This document shows, one piece after another, positions 39,533 through 51,180 of a stretch of DNA of 64,000 nucleotides. The notes under the pieces are model-generated. The model did no database searches and had not been told where the DNA came from. It saw only the letters and a program-made list of their open reading frames with translations. Position 1 is the first letter of the stretch, and each line of letters starts with the position of its first letter. Location of the stretch: positions 22,072,001 to 22,136,000 of the forward strand of contig CDPCPM010000007.1 in the NCBI GenBank assembly GCA_976551045.1. Reading direction: 5' to 3'. Origin of the DNA: Glaucostegus cemiculus (taxonomy: Eukaryota). A program made the position numbers and the translations under genes.

Positions 39533-39716
39533 CTGGAAATAAAAGCAGAAAATGCTGTAAACTCTAAGCAGGTTGGACAGCATATGTGGAAAGAGGAACA
39601 GTTAATATTTAAGGTCTAGGATCCTTTGCCAGAACTCAGGACTTGAAACTTAACTCTGTTTCTCTTTCCACAGATACTGTCCAACCTGCTGAGTGTTTCC
39701 AACATTTATGGTTTAT
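39533..39716. repeat. Fold-back Penelope-terminus element
   Basis: gcaggttggacagcatatgtggaaagaggaacagttaa ... ttaactctgtttctctttccacagatactgtccaacctgc inverted arms. Confidence 0.85.
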
Positions 39717-40449
39717 CATTGTGTTTGTAAATTCATTGCTGGACAATCATGATGAAGCATTGAGAAATGCAGTAATATCACTTTGGAGGATGCATGCTAC
39801 ATGGTGATTGCTTAGTGGAATGTCTGTCAGAACATCTTAAGTTAAATGACACTAAGGAACATTGATTAAGGGAATCATATACTGTAGATATCTCTTTGGA
39901 TATCCCTTGCCTCACAATGTTCTGTTTCATTGTTATCTCATATTTCCACCACCCTAGGAGTGAATTATTTGTTTAAGACATTTCTGGTTTGGATATGCAA
40001 ATATAGTGATCAACATTGAATATTTGTTGTGCAATTATCATAGTGTTTCAATATTTCACATACAATCTGTAGCAGCAGGCTACATTTCTACAATATTACT
40101 TTGATTAAACAGGGAAGCTGAGAGTACATTTGACTCAGCAAAGCTTTTGAGGTGACTACAAGCAGTTCTGTTCTAAGTGAAGTCATATGACATGTTAATG
40201 CATCTTGTTAAAGAGCCTTCAGATCATTGAATATATGCTACTAGAATTCTCCTGTGTACTGAAGCTTTTACATCTTTATGAATAAGCTCTATGATGTTAT
40301 GTTACATTATAGGCAAACTAAACCTTGACCAGAGAAGTGGATAGAGATAAACTATTCAGGAAGCCTCCATAACAATATTCAGATTATTCAATGTCGTGCT
40401 GAAGAAACAAGTATTGGGACAAGACTAGAAGATCATTCCTGGTATCCTT

Positions 40450-40900
40450 CATATGTCACCCACTGTCATTCTGCCTTCGTCAGACATGTTCTGGCGAAAT
40501 ATGATCCAAAGCATGAAGATGGATCTTGCTGAATCAAGCCCACCATTCGGAATCAATGCCTATGCTCTTCCTGCACTTACTTTAGTCCACATGTGTGTGT
40601 TGAATCTTGCTGGTTTCTGCGGAGGCATCTGATAAGGCACAGCAAGGCATCAACAGGACTTCACAAAGGCAGTGGCTGCTCTCTATCCACTAACATCCAC
40701 CCACTCCAAAATGAAGATTGCTCTGTCTTCCAAGTTCCCTCCCACTCCAAGCTGGAGTTTGCTTCTTCTCTCCTGGGTGTCCACCTACCTCAAGACGGAG
40801 GCTGCGCTGCCTCATGCTCTAAGCTGGGATCTTGCTCCATTCCAGACAATGCATCAAGATTAAGAATTGGCACCACATCTTACACTTCCTGCTGCAGCCT
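40450..40900 (-). mobile_element. Degraded RTE-like 3' remnant
   Basis: Minus strand RWTPRRE (resembles WTP.G.R.RGRP) and a KC...GL degenerate finger. Confidence 0.35.
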
Positions 40901-41619
40901 TTGTGGATGATGTGTGATCTCATTGCTTGTGTTACACTGAGAATCCTAATATTGATGCTAGTTGAAAGATATTCCAAAATTTAACAGTGATATACATAAA
41001 GGCTGGTAATACATTTCTGAGTTTGTTTTTCATTATTCACTTTATCATTTGGACAAAAATAATAAATAATGGAAATTCATAATTTTTGTCCAAATGATAA
41101 AGTGAACAATGAAAAACAAATGTCATTAAATAAGTTATCAGTGAATGTAGTAAAAGTGAAAATTCAGAACACAAATCATCTATATTTTTCCCTACTGCAA
41201 TAATCATAGCAAACATATCATGGACAGTGTTAAGAAAGATGGGCACACCCTTTGAACATCCCCTGATTCATTTTCTATTTTACTGCATTTGTTCATATAG
41301 TAAAGTCAGGATACCAAGACCGTGCACACTGCTGCACTAACATTGAATACAACATTGTATTTGGAGTTGCGCCAGTTAGTATGCAAAGGGCCACTCCAAG
41401 ATGGCGATTCATATGATTTGTGTGTGTTAGTCACTTCATAATGAATCAGGATGCTGATTTGTTCCTCTGTATACTAGGACTGATTGAATGATGCTGATAT
41501 AGTAATTATAAACATCACACCTCCTCCAGCTTCAACCTAGGTGATAGCCTATGGGGGTTAATTATGGTCCTGGTGCTGAATGAACAACAAACGTGGTTGC
41601 AAAATGCTAAAGAGCAGGT

Positions 41620-41861
41620 TGTAGCGGCCCGCGTTTGCAGGACTCGAACTGCCATTGGCAGCCCTGGGCGAACGTGCAGGAGCGCATCGTAGACATCGCG
41701 GGGCGGGCCTTCCGGTGGGAGACTTGCGTCACATCCATCAGAGAGGCCACTTAGTATTTTTGCGCATTTTGCATATTTTTGTTTCAGTTAGTAAAGTGTG
41801 CCCCAGCTCAGCCGCCACGTCTCTGCGTCTTTCTTCTGACCACACATCGCGGTCGACCACA
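41620..41861 (+). mobile_element. Solo LTR (242 bp), probably Gypsy/Ty3
   Basis: TG...CA ends; imperfect terminal inverted repeat TGTAGCGGCCCGCG vs TGTGGTCGACCGCG (10/14); 4-bp TSD AGGT at 41616-41619 and 41862-41865; AGTAAA polyA-like signal ~41790; CpG-rich. Confidence 0.85.
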
Positions 41862-41929
41862 AGGTTACAGTTAAACACAGTGGACACAGTGAAGATTTAC
41901 TGAAGTTACCTTCTGGCTTCTCACAAAAT

Positions 41930-42090
41930 ATGAAATTCCCCCTCCTCTTCCCACACTTTCAAGAGATTTCTGCTACCAGAAAGATGTGGCCAGAGGTGGC
42001 CCTGAAGGTTAGCAGCAGGAACACAGCTTTATGTGCATGGAACCAATGCAGGAATCATTTCAATGATCTCATCATTATCAGGAATGGCAA
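41930..42090 (+). mobile_element. Harbinger Myb/SANT-like DNA-binding ORF fossil
   Basis: ATRKMWPEVALKVSSRNTALCAWNQCRNHFNDL matches Myb/SANT-like 'AW.EVA..V.......R.W.QCRK.FNDL'. Confidence 0.75.
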
Positions 42091-45000
42091 ATTCAGTTGC
42101 ATATTCTCCCACACCCTTCCCATGTGCTACTAAGTTGTTACAGGAGCCATTAGCTCTGTTTTTCTCTCAACAGGTCTACTGGATATTTCAAGCATTTTAT
42201 ATATTTACTAATCTACGTTTAATGAGGAATGCTATTGTGAGCAGAAATATTTTACAGATATGTATTAATGGCTTTATTATATAACACTGCACATCATAAT
42301 TTCAACTCATGTGGAGATATTACTAAAACAATAGAAAAACTAAAAAGAATTTGAAAGGATTTTCGGCACAAGGAAAACACTAAATGTTGCAAAAGCAGGT
42401 ATTTTTTTAGCATTTAAAAAAGATCCAAGAAAAATTTGATCTGAAAGATGCAATAATATTACACCAAAACAATGTCTTGTAACAAATTACTTCTAATTTA
42501 CTCAAATGATAAAATAAGTTTTGTAAAACAATATCAGTTTGGAACATAATTTACAATAAGTGAAATTCAAGCAAGTTTCTTGGTGTAAGAATTTTCTAAA
42601 AGTGTATTCCTTTGATTAATAAATCACATGTTTGAGTTTGTTTAAATTTAATAGAAACAATTAATTTGTTGTGCATATGAGAAGGTAAAGTCACTGCCAT
42701 TTTAGCTTTTAATAGTTACTAAGTGGGAACAGAGAGGCAGAGGTCATTTTATTGGGCTTGCTACACCCATCCATCACTTTTGCTTCAAACCTTGCCTCCA
42801 TTTTTTTCCTGGGGACCTTCAGCAAAGCAGCTTCAGTGCCCAACTGAACTAAACAGAAGCTCCATTAAATTATACAAAAGCAAAGTTCTTGGGTTCCAAT
42901 TATAATTATGAAGCACAAATCAGTGGATTTTGTGCTGCATTCACTCCATTTATTTTTATTTTGTGATGAGCAGAACTCCATAAGTGGGCCACTTGAGACG
43001 ATTCACTAAACATACCAAGACACTTCCATTGTATTTGTAATGGGACAAGGGAGAGTAAAATGGCTAAAAAGCAGGGGTAACAATGTCAAATTTGGATCTC
43101 ACTGGACACCTCCTTCCCCTTACCTCACATGGTACGTGATAGACTGACCTCAAAAAGGCTTCATACTTAATTTAAAGGCCCTCATTTACCAGCATGGCCT
43201 CAGTTTACTTCACTATAGAAAGGTTCAAACGCTAAAAAAAATTGGATGTTTCAGATGGTTGTGTTAAACAGACTGAGAAAATGAACTAAATGTTCTTGCA
43301 CTGCAAGAATAGAACCAGGTAGATGTTAAGAGCTACTTCACTCAGAGGGAACCTTATATTTGCAGAGTAAATTGCCAGCCAACTCATTGGTTCATTGATT
43401 TTGGCCTGGGCATTTTTGTTTCCATGTCTTGTCTTTCTCAAGAGATGGCACAGGAAGTTGGTGGATGGTGTAGGAGATAATGAAAAGGCACGCTGTACAT
43501 CATTCAGCATGACAGGATGAGGCAGTCTCAATGGATCTGCTGATCTTTTGTCATTCATTTCAGGATAGAAAAGTAATAAATATAAAAACAAGAAGGTCCC
43601 TTTGCCCCCTCAGTGCAAAAGAGTTGCTTTGAAAATAAATATATATATTATCCTGTTTGCCTGTTGTCCACATGGCCTGTAGATCTGTAGCTTATTAGTG
43701 ATCTTTTTATGGCACAGGATTTAGAAATCACAAATCCCACCTGAGTTCTCTAATCCCTCACATTACATTCACACAGTGCATTCAGGCAAAGATGGTTGGA
43801 CGAGCCAAGAGTTCACTCCAAATACTGGGCATTCACAGGTAAAATGTATCCTACAAGGACCAATTGTATGTCAAAAAATAGTAACCTCTTTGATGTATAC
43901 TTTGATTGATGTATTCTATGGGGCTGAAGGCACTCATAATTTAATACAATTATAGTGTGTCACACCTGAAACCCTGGATCATCAATCACATAACCTTGTT
44001 GCTGCCATACTATGACAAACTAGGACTATAAAAGAGGCTCTGATATGTACTTTTTTTCTTGAACTCAGTGATTGAATGGAGGAAATGTCCTTTGGGGGAT
44101 GTGCTGTCAGCCAAGACAATGACTGAGCTGTGTTTATTCAATTTCTTTTGTAGATCATGAAACACTTCCACAGGAATGTTTCATACATGGCAATTTCCAT
44201 AATATCTGGTAAAGATATAAAGATAGATGTAATATCCCTGTTTGGAACTAGAATTACAGTCAGGACACCAATTTAAACTGGTATTCTGAACATTTCATCT
44301 CATTAATATTAACAAAGTGACTTGAGTCTTATCAATTTAAAATACCTTATTGCACTTATAATTATTTTATCAATAACAGCACAATGTAATGTTGACTACT
44401 AGCAACATTGAATGGCAGCTAAAATCATATACTTTGATCTAGAATTCAATTTGACCCATTTTTAGTCTTCTAATAGATGCTACATTTAACCCTATCATCA
44501 GGGAGACATGCAAAAAAATCACTAAATTGGTAAAATTTGCCTTTGAAACAAAATCATAAGGGTGGCTTGAGACTTTTATTACTTTATTGACATGATGCCT
44601 GCACATTTGCTGATGGCAACTGTCTATAGAGCTTGCAACTGCTGCGTCACTCTGTCTCTGAATGCTGGGAAGTGAGTCAGAGATTTAAAAGTACACTCAC
44701 CATGGCTGCCAGTGTATAGGGAAAGCAGGCGGAGGTGGGGGATTGCTGCTTTGTAGTTGGACTGGAATCGTCTGTGTGAATGCCTGAGCCAATGGGCCCT
44801 CAGGCACAGATCATACCAAGCACAGTGATTGCAACATCTTGAATTGAGATAAGTAAAACAGAGATCATAACATAGAATCATATTGGAAGCAAGACATCCT
44901 TGATTCTTAGGAACAGAAGGAGAAGAAGCGATAGCTGATTTAAAAGATGGCAGTGGGATGAGAATTGAGTATTATCAAATATCACAGCAATCATTAGTGA

Positions 45001-45530
45001 CTTGTCCACTTCTATGTTATGATTCAAGGATGATAAAAACATGAGAAGCACAAACCGGCAGTGTCTGAATAACCTCATACTCGTTAAGATGAAGAAGCAA
45101 TTAACAGTTTGAAGAGGAAGACTATTGATAAGATCAGAGAAAGAAATGTCAGGGAGATAGTAGTTGTGGATTCATATGGAGAATCTACATCTCTTTCTGT
45201 TCATTAGCCACTACTGAGACATATCATGAATCTTTCAAGATACTCCCATGGAAAGCAGCATGCATGTCTCTCCCAAATGGATGCTTTTAGTCTCCAATCC
45301 TATTTTCTTTCTCAGATGTGCAGGAACAAGATGGTACAGATAACAAAGCAGCAAAGCCTTTCAATGACATTGCTTTGTGTTAATCTTGGGGCAGGAGTTT
45401 GGGAAATCATGGTATTATTTTCTTGTTTCTGCTCATTGGGTGAAGGATTGTTTTCTTAGAATCACAATCCTGTATGGATTTGAATGCACATTATCCTGTT
45501 AATGATTCTGTGATTTTTTTCTCCCTATAG

Positions 45531-45610
45531 CCTCAGTTTTCTGGCCTTTTGACAGTGATGAAGTGAACCCCAAAGTATTCATCAGCTACCAGTGGGATGT
45601 GCAGTCAAAG
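45531..45610 (+). CDS. Internal coding exon B: start of TIR_2-type domain (Box 1)
   Basis: Strong acceptor tgatttttttctccctatag|; 80 nt, phase 1 to phase 0, (A)SVFWPFDSDEVNPKVFISYQWDVQSK; donor AAG|GTCAGT; VFISY is the TIR betaA motif. Confidence 0.9.
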
Positions 45611-46359
45611 GTCAGTAATAGATAATTATCTGTACATCATCTCTTAGATTTATCAAAATCTCACATTTTCCACAAGATGATCAATAATGAGGCAAGGCCA
45701 TGAATTTTTTTTTCTGTAATGTCATATAATCTGTTAAATTAATATTGAAAAATCATTGTTTTAATTGTTGGATAACAAATCTCTGAAATAGCCTTAACTG
45801 TGCCATTTCATTATAAAATAATCTGATCTAATGCATAAATCTAAAATGTATATGTTAAATATCTCAACATGGACATTGATTAATTATCCTACTGCTCACT
45901 GACTCCACTGCAGCTAAAAACTGTTATTATTCTTTACATCCACCCACCCCACTGCCTCCCTGCTGTCTGGGATAGATACATGTTTCTTCAGCCAACTGTC
46001 TAGTGGAGACCACTGGTTAGCTGGTTGTTACTCACTGACCTCACAGAAATATAATGGGTCAGAAGTCCAATCATACATGAAAGCAAGCATTAGTACAGTG
46101 CTACACAGTGGATCGATTACTATTTTCCCCAGTGCCATTCACACACAATTTTCACACACTCGTGTCACAGAAGGATTTGTTAGCCGAAGTGGTACCATTT
46201 GTGATGTTTGTGCTTTAGTGGATAATATCATTGAGCAATTTTAAGAATCCTGCATACCAGCTGAGAATACTCTGCATTAATAAACATCAGCCTAGAAATT
46301 CAGCTCAGGATGGTAGTGCTGTTCATGCTCTTTGGTAGTGTCAGCCTGTTTTGCTCTCC

Positions 46360-46431
46360 TCTCTGAAAATCATTCCATTAATATCAGATTGATGTCTCTG
46401 AAAATCATTCCATTAATATCAGATTGATGTC
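46360..46431. repeat. Perfect 35-bp tandem duplication
   Basis: ctctgaaaatcattccattaatatcagattgatgt occurs twice (46361-46395, 46396-46430). Confidence 0.95.
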
Positions 46432-49400
46432 ACTCCACTGATACTGGACTGTCCTCTAAAACTGAGGCAGCTCAACAATGTTTTCAGGGAAATAAACCTA
46501 ACACCCTTATGCAGCCTGGCCTATGTGCAAACCCAGCCCCAAAGCAAGGTGGTCGGCTCTTCAAGATATTAATTTCAAATTAATTTCAAATTGCCAACAA
46601 AGTCACCCTGGGCAGCAAGGCACACATTCTGTGAAAGAATGAACAGAAAGGGCTCCATTCCCAGTAGTTCCTGTTCCTGATATCGAAGCTCAGCCATGCC
46701 AAATTAAATATTAGAGAAAGGGATGCCTTGCCCTCCTGATAGAGGATCCACACCTGAATCTGACCACTAAAGTAATGCCAACCCTGCCAAGGATCTCCTC
46801 TTTCAACTGTGACTACCAGCCACCAACATTTCAAGGTCAACACTGGACATCTGAGTGTCGCTAAGTAGGAATGGTATCATAATATTAGTCTTTCATCTTG
46901 TTGCTCCCCTCTCCCTCTCAACTGCTGCCCTGGAGAGTCTACAGACTCCCAAAGTATATCACTACTCCACTTACTACAACATTAGACTGATTCAGATAGG
47001 TAAGATTAGTGCTTCTTTCAGCTCCATCTTACCTCACTAATATGCCAACTCAGTGATCCCTTCCAAACAATGAGTTATCTGGTTCATAAGTGCCCAGGTG
47101 GACTTCAAGGACCTGAGTGCCCCTTTCTTTTATGGTTCCATAAAACTCGTGAAGTCCCTTTGTAACCAAGAGTATTAAGCTCAATCCTCTATTCCTTTTT
47201 TCCTTAATTCAGCTAAATACCTAGGAAACCTAGGAATATAATTGGAATTAGCTTGAATAATACCAAGAATTGTAACAGACAATGACTATCACATGTACAT
47301 CAAGATGATTGAGGTTACATTAGCTGAAAGCCAATGAAGTCTCTAATCTCAGGAGAAAATTATGGCTCTTTCAAGGCTGTGCCTTTTCAAGATAATTGCA
47401 CCTGGAGTGGCATGAAATGTTCCCAACTAGCTAAGTACAAAACAGTTAAACATTCCAGTCCTACAACATGTAAAGCAAGAATTCGTAGTGATTTGAAATG
47501 AAAGCTTCCAGGACAAATGACATAGTATAAAATAATCTTTCCTTTTTGGGTGACTAAAGAGTTCTAGAGCAGTGGATCAGTTTTTAGATTCAGGGAGATG
47601 AAGGTGAGCTGACCTTGATTTTAGTCCCCAGTGTGTATTTGTAGGTCACCTGGAGACAGAAGAATGATTGAGGAAAGTGTTTTGAGAAAGCATTAAGTAC
47701 ATTAGTTTAGTGCCCTGTGTACAAAGTGTTAGTTGTATGGACTCAGGCCTCACTATCATGCCAATTAGTTCCTCTGCTGATTATTATGAAGCATTTTTCA
47801 AGTCAGATCTATTCAGACTGCTGGATAGGTCAATGTAAATATGCTAATATATTTCAGTTTCATTGTCAGTTGAAGTTCCACATCATATCTTGAGATGGTT
47901 CCATGGATGAACATAGACGATTAGTGAAGATTTTCTTCATATGTTTATTGCAAAAGAAGTCAAAGTAGGCAACATACTTGTGTCCAAACGAGTGAAGTGC
48001 CCTTCATACCTCTGCATGTTTTATGAGTATAAAGATCTCATTGTACCATCCTCAGACCAATAGCCTGGTGGAGAAGTTCAATAGGAACGTAGTCAAATGG
48101 TTGAAGATAGTATTGAAAGAATACTTATTGCTTTACTTATGGCTAAGGAAGAGCTGCAGATCTCTTTAGTGTTTTTCTTGCTTGAGTTGTTCTGTAGTGA
48201 CGGCTTATGGAATTGTGACCTTACAAAAGGAATAGGAGGAGAAATTCACTCCCTCCAAAATTATTGTTATGAATCATAGAACCATAGAATAACACAGCAC
48301 AAAACAGGCCCTTCGGCCATCCATGTTGTGCCGCCCATATACATCCAGTAAAGGACTGAGATGGTTTGCATAGAAGGAGCTCATTTGGCGAAGATGCAAA
48401 ATAAACAAGGACAGTTTAGAAAAGAGGCTGCATTCAGGGAGTTCCAACCATAGGACTGCATTATTGCCCTATTTCCAAATAGTAAGCAAGCTATATGTAC
48501 ATTGACACTGTCCTTACAAAGTCACTGAGGTGTGGCCAGTGAACACATAAGATCAAGTAACATCAGAATCTGAAATCTGAGTAAAAACACCATGCAAACT
48601 ATTTCAAAGATTTTAGGAGAAATGGAACTTCTCAAGAGAATGAACTGAGAATTAGCTGTAGCAAGACATAGTATACCAGAAGCACAATCTACTTACATGT
48701 GGCCAGAGGAGATATAATCTGCCACATGGGGTGACAATACAGAATCTTAGAGGCCAAGCAGGAGGCGGTCAGGCAGAAGCTGAAGGTGATGGGAAATCTA
48801 GGTTTGATCAAAAAGTCATGTAGGACTGGGCCGACTGCTTTAGTTATGGGTTCCAACAGGGCCTGCCAGTTCTGTAATAACTTCCAGAAATTGAATGGGC
48901 ACCTAAATTCAACACTGCTCCATTCCACAGAGAAGGAACTAATTTGGAGATCAGAGAAAGTCAGCTATCTCACTACCATGGTGGAATCAATTACTTTTGA
49001 CATCTTCCTTCCACAGAGTCTAGAAATGCTGTAGAAATCTGTTTGCAGTTGTATTTGCCAAATCCACAATGTGACAGTTTATGTGCATTGAACTTGCAAA
49101 CTTAGTTCCATTATTTCACTGGGGAGCCATTTGCTCCACAAATCAATATCTTCCAATAAAGAAGAAATGCCAGTGGATTTTGTCACTCAAGCCCTGTATA
49201 TTGAGATGGAATCATTGGAAAGCCAATGTCCTCTGTAATACAGAAGTCAACTGGGCAGGAAGCATGGCAGAGTAATTAAGAGTTTATTTATATAACCCTG
49301 ATTCCAAAGGAAAGTTTAGTTCCCTTTAAGAACTTCACTTCTTAAAGATAACTGCAGGAAGAAATTGATATGGAGAATATTTCCTTCACCAACAGAAACA

Positions 49401-50180
49401 AGGAGGTTCACAAGAAGTTTGTAGTTAAGGAGAGGAAAGTTGTGATTTTGATTGTTTTTTACTTTGTGCAATAAAACGGTGCTTTGAATTTGGATTTTTT
49501 GAGAACTAATTCCTGAAGAAAAAAGAGACTCTGTTACTAAGACCCAATAAAATTTGCAACAATCTGATTTGTTCAAAGTTTTATTAACCGAAAGACACAC
49601 AGAGAAAAGTTTTGATTAATAACTATTTTTATTATAGGATTGGCAATCGACCAAAGCTCACTTCAGCTGCTAGAATTGTTCTTTATCCAGTATGGTACTT
49701 TTGTCCTGCAATAAGTACCTGTTATACCGTTCAACGATTTTTCAATTAAGCAAGTTATTGTGTGGCTTTAAGTGACTGTTGTAGGATTCAGGAGACAAGA
49801 CAAAAAAGTGTTTCTCTTGCTAGAAGGAAAGATTTACAACTTTCAGAATAAAAAAGTGATGCCATTGTCTAATCATGAAATGGTTGGGTGCGACCATATG
49901 TCAATGTTAAATCAAATACAGGCATGCTCAGAGCTTGGGACGATGATGGTTTGGTGGCATAAATCAATGTTAAATGGAATGTTTCCATGTTTTTGTTCCT
50001 GGTTCCTTTTACTTGCAGTTTAATGAATGCATTGTGGCATATTACTGCCTAACAATAACATTTATTTCCACATATGCATTTCTTAAGCTTATTTTCAGCT
50101 CAAGCTTTAATTTTACCCAGTAATAAATGTTGGATAGTAATAAATGTTAGGTACCCTTGTATAATCAAGCCTGATGTAAA

Positions 50181-51180
50181 AAGTCAAGTCGAGTTTATTG
50201 TCATGTGCACAAATACGATGGGGTATAGATACAATGAAAAACCTGCTTGCAGTAGTATCACAGGCACGTAGGTTCAGACAAAACAAACCATAAATTATGC
50301 AGGTACATAAAAATACAGTACAAATTATGAAGGGAATAAAACAAAACATTAGTGCAAAAAAACACACAATAAGAGACAAGTCCATGGTAGTGCAAAAGGT
50401 AGTCCATTGCGTTCTGTTGCTGAAGTAGGATTAGGGTTGTGCAGGTCACTTCAGGAATCTGATGGTGACAGGAAAGTAGCTGTTTCTGAACCTGATGGTG
50501 TGGCAATTCAGGCTTCTGTCCTCCTGCCTGATGGTAGCAGCAAGAAGAGGGCATGGCCCGGATGGTGGGGATCCTTGATGATAGATGCCACCTTCTTGAG
50601 GCAGTAGCTTCTGTAGATGCTGTCCATGGTGGGGAAGCTGTGCCTGTGATGGACTGGGTCATGTCCACTCCTCGCTGCAGCTTTGTGCATTTCTGTGCAT
50701 TGGAATTGCTGTACCAGGCAATGTTGCCACCAGTCCAGATGCTTCTCCACAGTGCATCTGTAGAAGTTTGTTGGAGTATTTGACGACATGTCAAATTACC
50801 TTAAGCTTCCAAGAAGGTAGAGGCACTGGCACGCCTTCGTGATTGTATGTATGTGCTGGGCCCAGCACTGATTATCCGAGACATTAACTCCCAGAAATTT
50901 GAAGCTGCTTATTCTCTCCACCACTGACCCACCAATGAGAACTGGCACGTCATCTCCCACCTTCCCCTTTCTAAAGCCAACAATTAGCTCCATAGTTTTG
51001 TTGACATCGAACATGAGGTTGTTATTGCAGCACCACTCAACCAGATGTTCTATCTCACTCCTGTACACTGACTCAGCATCACCCGTGATTTGGTTGACAA
51101 CAGTGGTGTCGTCTGTGAATTTGTAGACGGTATTGGAGCTGTGCTTAGCCACACACAGTTGTGGGTGTAAAGAGAGTGGA
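50181..51180 (-). mobile_element. Rex1/Babar LINE 3' portion
   Basis: ORF 50796-51152: KFTDDTTVV...YRSEIEHLVEWC..NNL..NKTMELIV.FRK...SFKFLG; HHPGHALFLLLPSGRR; tail catgacaataaactcgacttgact. Confidence 0.93.

Noticed and set aside
41655-41903. CpG-island promoter or GC-rich ORF
   Set aside because: The CpG-rich stretch coincides with the TSD-flanked solo LTR.
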